64,000 bases of DNA, from positions 6,748 through 70,747 of the forward strand of contig JBBKWI010000197.1 of NCBI GenBank assembly GCA_037968875.1, written 5' to 3'. Made by a program: the position numbers and the translations under genes. This document shows positions 21,031 to 30,999 of the stretch, in pieces; positions within the stretch are counted from its first letter, which is position 1, and each line of letters opens with the position of its first letter. A model generated the notes under the pieces. The model made no database searches and was not told the DNA's origin. It worked only from the letters and a program-made list of their open reading frames with translations. The DNA comes from Candidatus Sericytochromatia bacterium. GTDB taxonomy: Bacteria; Cyanobacteriota; Sericytochromatia; UBA7694.

Positions 21031-21633
21031 GTGTCTTCAATGTCGTCCGATTTTTCAGCGTTGCAGTCGCTATTGCACTGGATGCAGCATTTTCCTCGCC
21101 CCTGGTTTGTAGCCGGAGGCTGGGCTATAGACGCATTTCTGATGCGTCTGACCCGTGAGCACCAAGACCTTGAGATAGCCATCTTTAGAGAAGATCAACT
21201 GGCATTGCAACAGCACCTGCAAGCCTGGCGCTGGCAAAAAATGGTCAAGCAAGAGCCGCAGCCCTGGCCCACAGATGAATATTTACTCTTACCGATTCAT
21301 GAGTTGCACGGTAGTCGGGGCCCAGATCGATTAGAAGTCTTGCTCAATGAGCGCTATGGGGACTATTGGGTTTTCCGGCGCAATTTTGCAGTCAAACGCC
21401 AGTTAAGAAGATGCTGGAAAATCTCTTCGATTAGCGGCTTCTTTTCAGATGGCCTACCGATACTCTCACCGGAAATTATCTTGCTCTATAAAGCCAAAGC
21501 CAATCGCGAAAAAGATGCCCAGGACTTTTTTAATATTCAAGCGGCACTCACGCCAGCAGCCAGAGAGTGGCTGCTAGAAGCAATTGCACTCTGTTACCCG
21601 GGGCACCCCTGGATTCAACATCTAGAAGACTAG
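21031..21633 (+). CDS. Nucleotidyltransferase of the aminoglycoside-2''-adenylyltransferase (ANT(2'')) family
   Basis: WFVAGGWAIDAFLMRLTREHQDLEIAIF closely parallels the LWIGGGWAIDARLGRVTRKHDDIDLTF core of ANT(2'')-Ia. Confidence 0.6.
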   Translation: MSSMSSDFSALQSLLHWMQHFPRPWFVAGGWAIDAFLMRLTREHQDLEIAIFREDQLALQQHLQAWRWQKMVKQEPQPWPTDEYLLLPIHELHGSRGPDRLEVLLNERYGDYWVFRRNFAVKRQLRRCWKISSISGFFSDGLPILSPEIILLYKAKANREKDAQDFFNIQAALTPAAREWLLEAIALCYPGHPWIQHLED

Positions 21634-22622
21634 GGAACTTTGATTTGATTGAGAATCCGTTCAATCAATGACTCTGTAGTTAACTCCTGAGCTTCCGCTT
21701 CGTAACTCAAGCTCAGGCGATGACGCAAAACATCCATAGCCAGAGCTTTGACATCCTCAGGAATCACAAAAGCACGCTTTTCTAAGAAAGCATGGACCCG
21801 TGCGGCATGTGCCAAATAAATAGAGGCCCGTGGCGAAGCCCCCGCGCGAATCAACTCGCCCAAATCTAAATTGTATTGGGCCGGAGTACGCGTGGCGTAC
21901 ACCAAATCGACAATATACTTCTGGATCTTGGGATCGACATAGACCTTACGCACCAGATCCCGTGCTTTTAAGATGTCTTCGGCATTGAGTACCGGCTCAG
22001 GCATACTGACTTTGGCAGACAATAAATGCTGCTGTAAGATTTTAAGCTCTTCGTCGAGGGTCGGGTAATCGACGCGCACCTTGAGCATAAAACGATCGAG
22101 CTGGGCTTCAGGCAAAGGGTAAGTGCCTTCTTGCTCCAATGGATTTTGAGTCGCCAACACCAAAAAAGGCGCTGACAAAGGAAAGGTTTTTTCACCGATC
22201 GTGACTTGACGCTCTTGCATTGCTTCTAATAAGGCACTTTGTACCTTAGGTGGGGCGCGGTTGATCTCATCAGCCAATAGAAAATTGGTAAAGACAGGGC
22301 CCGGCTTGATCTCAAACTGAGCGCTTTCAGGATTGTAGATCCGAGTGCCGATCACATCTGCAGGTAAGAGATCCGGGGTAAATTGAATCCGTTTAAATTT
22401 GGCCTGAATCGCATGAGACAGAGTACTAATAGACAGAGTTTTGGCCAGACCCGGCACACCCTCTAATAGAATATGTCCGTCTGCCAGCAAGGCGATTAGC
22501 AAACGTCTGAGCAAAGCATTTTGCCCAATAATCACATGGTGCATGCTCGTAATCAATTGCTCAAAGGCGGGCAAGACCTGTTCTATTTCTTCTTGCAGGG
22601 CCGAGATATGCTCAGAATTCAT
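21630..22622 (-). CDS. MoxR-family AAA+ ATPase
   Basis: LLEGVPGLAKT Walker A, DEINRAPPKVQSALLEAMQE, 330 aa. Convergent 4-bp overlap with the preceding gene. Confidence 0.85.
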   Translation of the reverse strand: MNSEHISALQEEIEQVLPAFEQLITSMHHVIIGQNALLRRLLIALLADGHILLEGVPGLAKTLSISTLSHAIQAKFKRIQFTPDLLPADVIGTRIYNPESAQFEIKPGPVFTNFLLADEINRAPPKVQSALLEAMQERQVTIGEKTFPLSAPFLVLATQNPLEQEGTYPLPEAQLDRFMLKVRVDYPTLDEELKILQQHLLSAKVSMPEPVLNAEDILKARDLVRKVYVDPKIQKYIVDLVYATRTPAQYNLDLGELIRAGASPRASIYLAHAARVHAFLEKRAFVIPEDVKALAMDVLRHRLSLSYEAEAQELTTESLIERILNQIKVP

Positions 22623-22755
22623 AAGACTCCAATAAAATTAATTCAAAGTTTTTGTTGGCTTAACTCAAGCTTAAGTTTAGCAGACAAGTTCTGCGACGCA
22701 AAGCCAGATAAGTAAGAGTATAAGAGATGTAGAGAGTTCGAGAGGATAAAGTTCA

Positions 22756-24180
22756 ATGAAAATTTTAACAACGATGAGTTTAGCACTAACCCTGGCAGGT
22801 GCCCTGACCGCATGTGGCGGCAGCAATCAAAACACTTTACCCCCAATGGGTGTCTATCCTGGCCAATTGCAAGGTCAATACAATAATCAAGTTCCCAACC
22901 TGCCTGGCACCAATGGCGATCCTTTAAACAATAATGCTTTACCTGGCGATGTCACCCGCGGCCAGGTCGGTTCTATCGTAGGCCGTGTCGTTACCCGCTC
23001 AGGTCGTCCCTTGCACAATGTCGTTGTCACCCTCGAAAACAACCCTAGCGTTCGTGCCGTCAGCCGTCAGGGCGACTTCACTCTAATGAACGTGCCTGTT
23101 GGTCAACACTCTCTACTCTTAAAATTTGGAAATCTCGAAACCACTGTCGCCGTTAACGTCATTGCCAATATGGCCGTTGCTCCTGCCCAAAACCCAATTC
23201 AACTGGACGGCGAAGTCGGCTCTGAAGCTTTAGCATTTGCTAACCCCAATCGCCAAACCGCTTCTTTCAAAGTCGATCAAGACATTTTAAACCAATGGCA
23301 AGCTCGCGGCATTGATGCCCAGGGCGGCAACCTCTACATTTCAGCAATTGATATTCGTAATATCACCCGCAAAGGCACCGTCATCAAGATGAATGCCCAG
23401 GGCGAAGAATGGAAAGACCTGGCCAAAACCTGGTTAGGCCTTAAGCACCCCCTGAACAGTTCAGCTCGTGGCATCGCAGCCACCCAGAGCGGTGCTCTGC
23501 TGGTTGTCGACGAAAAAAGCAGTCTCTTCTCTGTCGATAGCGGCACCGGTAAAGTGCAAAAAATCGAAGCTGACTCCGCTCTGGATATCGCATCTGGCGG
23601 CAGCACAGTTTGGATCAGCAGCGTTCGTGGACTTGAAAAATCAGATGCTTCTGGCAGCAGCCGCACCTTAATTTCAGGTGTAGCCGCTAGCGGTGGCGTC
23701 GGTGCAGATGCCGAAGGCAATGCTTATGTCTGCGTTAAAAACACAATTGTGAAAGTCAGCAGCGCTGGCAAAGCAACTCCACTGGTTAAACAATATTTGA
23801 ATTCACCGACCGATGTGGCCATCGATTCACGTAATGGCGATGTCTATGTCTTAGATGGCGGCGAAATCAAGCGCTTCGACAAAAACGGAATCTTCGTCGT
23901 CAGCTTTGGCTCTGCAGCCCTCGACCCCAGCTCGATCGACCTCGACGAAGAAGGCAATCTGTATGTTGCTGATTTTGGTCGCGACCACCGTTCATCACAA
24001 ATCCTCAAGTTTGAAGCTGTCCCTCTGATGCCTCAAAATGCAGCTGCCGCTGGCACCAGACTGGCTGGCCCAGGTAGCTTCAACGACACCCCTGCTGGCG
24101 ACATTCCTCTCCTTGAAGAAGCCAGTGAAGAAGAAGAAGAGTTTGAAGGTGGCGACGAGCTGCCAGAACTCGACCTATAA
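22756..24180 (+). CDS. Lipoprotein with carboxypeptidase-regulatory-like domain, NHL repeats and acidic C-terminal tail
   Basis: Lipobox LTAC. CarbopepD_reg-like segment (GRVVTRSGRPLHNVVVTLEN). NHL-like units (DVAIDSRNGDVYVLD, EGNLYVADFG). EEEEEFEGGDELPELDL tail. Confidence 0.7.
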   Translation: MKILTTMSLALTLAGALTACGGSNQNTLPPMGVYPGQLQGQYNNQVPNLPGTNGDPLNNNALPGDVTRGQVGSIVGRVVTRSGRPLHNVVVTLENNPSVRAVSRQGDFTLMNVPVGQHSLLLKFGNLETTVAVNVIANMAVAPAQNPIQLDGEVGSEALAFANPNRQTASFKVDQDILNQWQARGIDAQGGNLYISAIDIRNITRKGTVIKMNAQGEEWKDLAKTWLGLKHPLNSSARGIAATQSGALLVVDEKSSLFSVDSGTGKVQKIEADSALDIASGGSTVWISSVRGLEKSDASGSSRTLISGVAASGGVGADAEGNAYVCVKNTIVKVSSAGKATPLVKQYLNSPTDVAIDSRNGDVYVLDGGEIKRFDKNGIFVVSFGSAALDPSSIDLDEEGNLYVADFGRDHRSSQILKFEAVPLMPQNAAAAGTRLAGPGSFNDTPAGDIPLLEEASEEEEEFEGGDELPELDL

Positions 24181-24239
24181 AAAACAGTTAAACCTGAAGA
24201 GAGCTTTGCTCTCCGAAGACTTTATCTCTCTACGCAATC

Positions 24240-24266
24240 GGGTCCACCACGGACCCGTTTTTTTTG
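24240..24266 (+). terminator. Rho-independent terminator
   Basis: GGGTCC-ACCAC-GGACCC hairpin followed by a T9 tract, 60 bp after the stop at 24180. Confidence 0.6.
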
Positions 24267-24271
24267 CTTGC

Positions 24272-24679
24272 TTATTGGGAGTCAAGTTGGTGGCGCTGGA
24301 TTAAGATATGCATCACCCGACAGCGCTGCAACCAAAAAGCTTCAAACGCTTCATGACACACCACACGTGCTGACAGGTCAGAGACTTTTGAAATGCCTTC
24401 TTCCTGACACCAGACAATGCACTGGCGGTACATGGCTTGATCGAGTTCTTCAGGCTCCCAGCTTGCCAGAATCGTTTGATAACCCTGAAGATAAAGTGCC
24501 AAAGCACGAGTGTGGCCCTCGGTAATCACAAGCTGCTCGCCCATTTGTTTGATCTGAATCGGTGCCAGCAACATGGTACCGCCACAACCCAGGGCATATT
24601 GTACCGAAGCGAGTTTTTCTGAAGAAATATAGACCTGGGAGGGCTGTAATCCATAGAGATCGACTTCAAAACAGTCCAC
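24272..24679 (-). CDS. ParB/sulfiredoxin-like nuclease-domain protein (hypothetical)
   Basis: 135 aa. ITEGHTRALA resembles the ParB-like GxHR motif. Low similarity. Confidence 0.35.
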   Translation of the reverse strand: MDCFEVDLYGLQPSQVYISSEKLASVQYALGCGGTMLLAPIQIKQMGEQLVITEGHTRALALYLQGYQTILASWEPEELDQAMYRQCIVWCQEEGISKVSDLSARVVCHEAFEAFWLQRCRVMHILIQRHQLDSQ

Positions 24680-24844
24680 TACTACTGCGCCTGGCCGAGG
24701 TGGCCTAAAAAACCAGACTTTCGCTCCAGCTCAAATATATTCATCTGCTGTGTCTGTTTCATATCTGCTCACCTCGTCTCCCTGTTGCTGCTCTGATTTT
24801 ATCAGCTGATCAGGATGCAGAGTTGAAACCCTGAGACTTCAGCT

Positions 24845-26173
24845 CTATGCTGAGTGAAATCGGCTGCGCAAGTCTATTTCTAGTGACCGCCATTCAGTAG
24901 CCGTTACAAAAATCATCTGCTTTAAACCTGGTACCAATAAGCGCTCATTGAGGGAATCATAGCTCAGAGCCTCTGCTCCAGGGAGCATAACAGACTCCAG
25001 AACGCGCTCTTGAGAAGTCAAAATCGTGATCATTAATTCCAGCGAACTTATCTCTATTTGAACCTGTTGAAGCTGAGCTCTGCGTATTGACACTACATAA
25101 AAGAGTAGAGCCGCCAACAACATAAATAGCTGCAAATTTAAAAACAATAGCGAAAAAACGGGGATGCGGAAAGCTGCAAAACCCAAAAATACGGTGGCAA
25201 TAGCCAAAGGTGAAAACACTTTTTTAAAATAATAGGCTTGAATAGGTTTTTTGGTACTTTCTCGTACTGGCAAAATAATACTGAGACCTTCTGCTGAGCG
25301 ATGAACCTGAATTCCATCGGCTAAACGCAGCCCAGCCGGAACATCAACAGGAGCCGCAGGCAAAACAGCCTCGACTAAACGGGCCGGATGACTGTCTTTT
25401 AAAGCACGCTCTGCCTGGGCTGCTGAGGCAAAACGATCTTCAGGAATCGGTGCCAATAAAAGCGTAAGCCAATCTTGCCAGCGTTGAGAGAGCCCTAATT
25501 GAACGAAATCAGGAACCAGCCGCTTGCGTGACAAGTTTGCCGGGTTTTGCCCCGTGAGCAAATGTAGAAGTGTCGTCCCCAGACTATATAAATCAGAAGC
25601 GGGCTCTGCCTGACCCGTGAGCTGCTCCGGTGCCATATAACCAAAGGTGCCGGCTATAGTCGAACCGCCCTGCGACTTAAGCGCTTGATTCATTGAACCA
25701 AAGTCAATTAAATAAATTTGCTGATCGCCCCCCATAATCACATTCGACGGCTTGATATCCCGGTGAATAACAGCTGGATTTAAATGATGTAGATCATCCA
25801 AAACGTCTAAGATCGCCAGAGCAATGGATTCAATTTCAGAATCCGTCGGTCGCCAACCGCAATCTAGCTTTTCTTGCAAAGACTGTCCGGGAATATACTC
25901 AGTTACCAGATAATAAATATCATCGGTCTCGCTAGAGACATGAGCAAAACGCACAAAGCGAGGCAGAGCCGGGTGGCTTAGGGTTGCTAAAAACTGTGCT
26001 TCACGCTCAAAGAGTTCAAGCTGTTTCCAATTGGCACTTTGCGAAAGACGCTGACTTTTGAGCACCACCTGCTCAGAGCTCGTCAGATCACGGGCCAGCC
26101 AGGTTTGGCGGCCGGAGCTAATATTGAGCTCACGAATCAACTCATAGTCGTTAAGAATATCTTGCTCTGGCAT
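24845..26173 (-). CDS. Ser/Thr protein kinase with two C-terminal TM helices and a C-terminal domain
   Basis: VLK, HRDIKPSN, DFG and APE motifs. Hydrophobic helices near residues 300-360. Confidence 0.8.
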   Translation of the reverse strand: MPEQDILNDYELIRELNISSGRQTWLARDLTSSEQVVLKSQRLSQSANWKQLELFEREAQFLATLSHPALPRFVRFAHVSSETDDIYYLVTEYIPGQSLQEKLDCGWRPTDSEIESIALAILDVLDDLHHLNPAVIHRDIKPSNVIMGGDQQIYLIDFGSMNQALKSQGGSTIAGTFGYMAPEQLTGQAEPASDLYSLGTTLLHLLTGQNPANLSRKRLVPDFVQLGLSQRWQDWLTLLLAPIPEDRFASAAQAERALKDSHPARLVEAVLPAAPVDVPAGLRLADGIQVHRSAEGLSIILPVRESTKKPIQAYYFKKVFSPLAIATVFLGFAAFRIPVFSLLFLNLQLFMLLAALLFYVVSIRRAQLQQVQIEISSLELMITILTSQERVLESVMLPGAEALSYDSLNERLLVPGLKQMIFVTATEWRSLEIDLRSRFHSA

Positions 26174-26175
26174 GC

Positions 26176-26655
26176 TTACCAGTAAGCCTGCATCAATTCG
26201 TGACTCCAGCCAGGTTGTTGGATCGCTTCGCGGGGCAGAAACTCTTGCATCACGGGCTTAAGGTCTAAAACAGGGCTGCCGTCGATAGCATCTAGCCCTT
26301 TGACTGTCAGACAGCGTCCGTCGACAGAGACAATTTTAGCTGTGGTTAAGCCCAGGCGATTGGGACGCGATTTTTTACGCTGGGCAAAAATGCCCACTTT
26401 GGGCCAATCCCGGTTTTCACGGGGGTGCTCTGCGGCCGTTATGATTTGCTCTGACTTGACCTGATCAAAATAAAAGATCACTTCTACATGCGAAAAATCA
26501 GCTAAGCCTGCCAGGGCACTTGCAGGAAGATTATCTGCCAGCTGAATTTCAGAAACAATCTCGCCCCAGTGATCATCAGCCAGGCTAGTACGGCTATTTT
26601 TGACAAAAGCAATCGGCTGCAGCTCTATTTTCATAAGGCCCATTATAACACTCAA
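26176..26655 (-). CDS. tsaA: tRNA-Thr(GGU) m6t6A37 methyltransferase TsaA (YaeB family)
   Basis: RPNRLGLTTAKIVSVDGRCLTVKGLDAIDGSPVLDLKP is a TsaA/YaeB signature. Confidence 0.75.
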   Translation of the reverse strand: MSVIMGLMKIELQPIAFVKNSRTSLADDHWGEIVSEIQLADNLPASALAGLADFSHVEVIFYFDQVKSEQIITAAEHPRENRDWPKVGIFAQRKKSRPNRLGLTTAKIVSVDGRCLTVKGLDAIDGSPVLDLKPVMQEFLPREAIQQPGWSHELMQAYW

Positions 26656-26957
26656 AATAGGGCAAGCTTATGAGCATATGGAGAACTAACGCCAGGCTCT
26701 GGGGTCCAAACAAGCCACCCACCAGATCAGCATCATTTTAAACACCAGTAGACTTTCTAACAATTGAAAAAAGACTTTGAAAATCATTTTGCACACCTCA
26801 GTTTTTAGCTACTGATAGTTTGACAGATCGCTAAAGCAAACCGTAGCAGACTGAAATTTCAGATTGTTCCTTTTCAAAAACCCGTTGTAAAAAAAACTCT
26901 GAGTCAGCTGTGGACAACCCTGTGGGAAAGCAGGCGAAGCCCAACAGGGGAATTGCC

Positions 26958-27605
26958 TCAGGTCGTGTGTGTCTGACCCGTTGCGGGATCATACATCTGC
27001 AAGGGTGTAGAGCCGCGCTCTGACGGAGGCTGCTGCGAAGGCGGCGCCAGGGGCAAATCCGTCTCGCCAGCAATAGGTGGCATCCCCTGTTTGGGTCGTG
27101 CATCATCAGGGAATTGAGGCTTAACGTTCAGTAGACCCTCTTTGTTGATAATAAAGTCTTCGCGGCGGGTCGCAAAGATGGCGTAGATGCCTGAGTCCAT
27201 CCGAATGGCATCACAGGGGCAAGCCTCAACACAATAGCCGCAATAGACGCAGCGCAGCAGATCAATTTCAAATTTTTGTGGGAATTTTTCGATCGTTGGA
27301 TCGTCGTGCTCATCGGCCTCAATATGAATACAGTCGGCTGGGCAGACCGTGGCGCACATCATACAAGCGACGCATTTGACCGTACCATCATCACGCTGGG
27401 TCAGACGGTGCTTGCCTCGGTAGCCGGTGGGCATGGTCTTTTTTTGATCGGGGTAAGAAACGGTTTGCATTTGATTGGCACGGAATAAATTGGAAAGTAA
27501 ATGCTTGAGAGTCACACCCATGCCCTGGAAAATGGGCACTAGATAAGTGCGCTCCCAGAAATTGAGCTTCTCACGCTTAATCGTTTTGACTTTGACTGCT
27601 TTCAT
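26958..27605 (-). CDS. nuoI: NADH-quinone oxidoreductase subunit I (2x[4Fe-4S])
   Basis: CVACMMCATVCP and CVYCGYCVEACP ferredoxin motifs. 4-bp overlap with nuoH. Confidence 0.85.
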   Translation of the reverse strand: MKAVKVKTIKREKLNFWERTYLVPIFQGMGVTLKHLLSNLFRANQMQTVSYPDQKKTMPTGYRGKHRLTQRDDGTVKCVACMMCATVCPADCIHIEADEHDDPTIEKFPQKFEIDLLRCVYCGYCVEACPCDAIRMDSGIYAIFATRREDFIINKEGLLNVKPQFPDDARPKQGMPPIAGETDLPLAPPSQQPPSERGSTPLQMYDPATGQTHTT

Positions 27606-28906
27606 GAGGCCAGTCCTCCTGTTAGAAAGATCATAATCCCTGTAATAAATATATTGGCCAATGCCAGGGGTAACAGTGACTTCCAGCCCAAGAACATCAG
27701 CTGATCATAACGGAAACGTGGCAGGGTCCAACGCACCCAGATAAACATCAGGCAGATCAGCATGATCTTGGTTACAAAAGCGCCGACCTGAACCGAAGCG
27801 GCAAACAAAGGACCGCCCCAGGCCGCATTAAAGCCAAACAGATAGAGCGCGCCCATCAAGGCCAGAGCGCCAAAGGCACCCAGGGCCAGTACGACAACAT
27901 ACAAGAGCGGCTCTTTATCGCGCAGGTCGCCAAAACGGCTTGGATTGCGACCATAAAAGCGCCAGGCCCAGGCTGCCAGTGCCAAAAGAAAAACGGTAGT
28001 GCCTAGCAAAGCAACATAGGATAAGCTTTCGGCATGGGTAATCAGGGTCTGTGTTGACATATAGGGGATCTGCCAACCGCCAAAGAAAAGGGTCGCGATC
28101 ATGGCTGAAGCCACAACCATGGCGACGTATTCAGCCATAAAGAAGGTACCAAACAACATGCCACTGTATTCCGTATGGAAACCAGCCACCAACTCTGACT
28201 CGCCTTCGGCCAGGTCAAAAGGGGCCCGATTGGTTTCAGCAAAGGCACAGACAATAAAAATAATCGCTGCTAAAGGCTGAATAAAAATACCCCAGCGGGG
28301 TAAAAAACCAAACAAAAGCTCGCCTTGCTGCACGACCATTTCATTTAGATGCACCGTGCCAAAAACCATGATCAGACCGATCACTGAAAGGCCTAGCGGT
28401 AATTCATACGAAATTAGCTGAGCACTTGAACGCACCCCACCAAGCAAAGCGTATTTATTATTAGAGGCCCAGCCAGCCAGCACCACGCCATAGACCATTA
28501 AAGAAGTAATCGCAAAATACCAGAGCACGCCAGCATCTAGATTAAAAGCCTGCATCGAAATCTCGCGCCCACCGGGCAAATAAACCACATCGGCAAAGGG
28601 CACTATCGGCAGAACAAGCAAAGAGGTGGCTGCCATAAGCACAGGGGCTGCCAAATAATGGAAGAGATGCACATTGCGAGGAATAATCTGCTCTTTAGAA
28701 AGCATCTTGATCGTGTCAGCAAATAAATGAACCAAACCACCCAAGCGTACAAAGCCAATCGCCGCGCGATTCGGCCCCGGACGATCCTGAATCAAAGCAG
28801 ATACTTTGCGCTCCAGCCAAACCAATAAAGGCACCATACTCAAGGGAAACAAAATAAAAACCAAAACTTTGGTCAAAACAATCAGCACATCAAAGACATC
28901 ATTCAT
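27602..28906 (-). CDS. nuoH: NADH-quinone oxidoreductase subunit H, with an internal hydrophobic insertion of about 100 aa
   Basis: NuoH N-terminus (LVWLERKVSALIQDRPGPNR) and C-terminus (RFRYDQLMFLGWK). 434 aa against about 325 typical. Confidence 0.85.
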   Translation of the reverse strand: MNDVFDVLIVLTKVLVFILFPLSMVPLLVWLERKVSALIQDRPGPNRAAIGFVRLGGLVHLFADTIKMLSKEQIIPRNVHLFHYLAAPVLMAATSLLVLPIVPFADVVYLPGGREISMQAFNLDAGVLWYFAITSLMVYGVVLAGWASNNKYALLGGVRSSAQLISYELPLGLSVIGLIMVFGTVHLNEMVVQQGELLFGFLPRWGIFIQPLAAIIFIVCAFAETNRAPFDLAEGESELVAGFHTEYSGMLFGTFFMAEYVAMVVASAMIATLFFGGWQIPYMSTQTLITHAESLSYVALLGTTVFLLALAAWAWRFYGRNPSRFGDLRDKEPLLYVVVLALGAFGALALMGALYLFGFNAAWGGPLFAASVQVGAFVTKIMLICLMFIWVRWTLPRFRYDQLMFLGWKSLLPLALANIFITGIMIFLTGGLAS

Positions 28907-30512
28907 GGGCTGTCGCTACCGCCTGATCTTCGCTGGGTGTTTCAGCCACAGCTTGTAATGACAAGCCCTGATCGGGGATCTCATAAAAGGTCAGATTGGC
29001 AAGCGCCTCAATTTTGGTGCGCAAAAGCGTCCATACATCTTCGACATCGTCGTATTTAGGTGCGGCTGTCAATAAAGGTTTGAAAACCTCAGAAATCAGA
29101 CGCCAGGCTGGTCTAGCAGCAGAGGTCGGGAAGAAAGCCTGATTAACCTTTTGTAATTGCTGATTGGCGTTGAGATAAGACGCATAGTGCTCTGAGTGGC
29201 TGGTGATTGGCAGCGCCACAGCAGCCGCTTGTGTCAAAGGTGATTCATGAGAAGCAAAGACAATCAATTCGGCGCCACTTTGCTGAATCCAGCTCAATAG
29301 ATCTGGATCGTCTTGCTCCATTGCAATCACCAGTTTTAATGAGCCTTGCTTAAAAGCCGCTTCTAGAGCTTCTCGCTCAGTTTCGATACCCAGCAATTTG
29401 ACGCCAGCCAGATTGGGGGTCTTGTCTGCCAAACGTAATAAATCATCGGCCTCACCCCAACGATTGAGGTTGGGCGCAAAGATCTGCTCGCTACCGGTGG
29501 CCTGTAAAAGCATATGCTTTAAGATAAAATTGTCTTCTAAAGAAGCACGGGGGCTGCCTAGCACCAATAGCGATTGCTTTCCAGATTTCTCCAGCACGTC
29601 CTGAATCAATTGAGAGGCCTTCTCGACTGCACGCTCCAAGATCAGGTGCTCATTATTCACCAGGGCGGCATCAAGTCTTTGGGTATGTAAGGCCTTGTAA
29701 CTGAGACGACCTTCATCACAGATCCACCACTGATTCACATCCGGATTATAACGGGGACGATAGCGGTACACATTTTCTTTTTCATAATCCAAATAGACAT
29801 TGCAGCCGCGCGAGCAACCCGTACAGATAGAGTTAGCTGTCGATAAAAACCAGACCCGCTTTTTAAAACGAAAATCTTTGCTTGTTAGGGCGCCAACCGG
29901 GCAAATATCAACCACATTGCCCGAATAGGGATTGTCCAAAGGCTCACCAGGGAAGATTTCAATCCGACTCTGCTCACCCCGCTGGGTGATCACCAATTCG
30001 TGGGTGTCGGTCACTTCATCACAGAAGCGCACACAGCGAGAGCACAAAATACAACGCTCCTGATCCAAGACAACCAGAGGGCCTATATCGACTACTTTTT
30101 GTTTGTTAACTTTAGGGACTGTCGAGCGATTGGTATACAGACCGTAGTCCATATAATAATCTTGCAAGCCACACTCACCCGCCTGGTCACAGATCGGGCA
30201 GTCAATGGGGTGATTTAAGAGTAAAAACTCCATCACGCCCTGGCGCATTTTCTTTACGTTTTCATTTTCAATCCCGACTTCCATGCCATCGTTGACCATC
30301 GTATTACAGGCAATTTGAGCCATGGTCCCCCGGGGACCTTTGAGCTCAACCAGGCACATGCGACAGTTTCCAGACACGCTCAAACCAGGGTGATAGCAAT
30401 AGTGAGGAATTTCAATACCCACGCTGGCAGCCGCTTGTATCAAGTTTTGGCCAGCTTCTACTTCATATTCCACATCATCGATTTTAATAACAGGCATTTC
30501 GAGCCTCTTCAT
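28899..30512 (-). CDS. nuoG: NADH-quinone oxidoreductase subunit G, short form (537 aa)
   Basis: 2Fe-2S motif CYHPGLSVSGNCRMC. HPIDCPICDQAGEC and CILCSRCVRFC clusters. Confidence 0.8.
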   Translation of the reverse strand: MKRLEMPVIKIDDVEYEVEAGQNLIQAAASVGIEIPHYCYHPGLSVSGNCRMCLVELKGPRGTMAQIACNTMVNDGMEVGIENENVKKMRQGVMEFLLLNHPIDCPICDQAGECGLQDYYMDYGLYTNRSTVPKVNKQKVVDIGPLVVLDQERCILCSRCVRFCDEVTDTHELVITQRGEQSRIEIFPGEPLDNPYSGNVVDICPVGALTSKDFRFKKRVWFLSTANSICTGCSRGCNVYLDYEKENVYRYRPRYNPDVNQWWICDEGRLSYKALHTQRLDAALVNNEHLILERAVEKASQLIQDVLEKSGKQSLLVLGSPRASLEDNFILKHMLLQATGSEQIFAPNLNRWGEADDLLRLADKTPNLAGVKLLGIETEREALEAAFKQGSLKLVIAMEQDDPDLLSWIQQSGAELIVFASHESPLTQAAAVALPITSHSEHYASYLNANQQLQKVNQAFFPTSAARPAWRLISEVFKPLLTAAPKYDDVEDVWTLLRTKIEALANLTFYEIPDQGLSLQAVAETPSEDQAVATAHE

Positions 30513-30999
30513 TCAGTTTCAAAAGCGCTTTCTAATTAAAAGGCACAGACATTCTAGCATAGGACGTGTAGAGGGCTGTACCCGAAAGGAGTAGAGAATG
30601 ACAAGCAGACAATTCTGCGATAAAGCAAATTTATGATTGCCTTTTGACAATTCATTAATATCCCCCACCTTATAGTTGACGACACAAATCCCAACGTCAG
30701 GAAAACAATAAGCGCTATATCATTATCATCTTCATCCTGGCACTGGGGCTCGGTATTAACTGCATAGCAAGCGCCAGAGCTGAGAGTATTGTCTGTGTCA
30801 CAACAACCCGACACAAGTCGCCCAGGCGACAACAGCCCCCAGGAAGGCCTCCGTCCCCGCAAACTGAAAACACAAATCGCTTTTCAATCGCACGGGAACA
30901 GCCTGATGATCTTACTCTTACTATTGTTTGTATTGGGCGGGCTGATCGCTATTGCTACCTGCGCTATACGCAGAATCACCACCGCCCGCCTTAAATCAT

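Noticed and set aside
26831-27106. 91-aa ORF overlapping the nuoI 3' end
   Set aside because: It overlaps the nuoI coding region in another frame and has an Arg/Cys-rich, non-protein-like composition.
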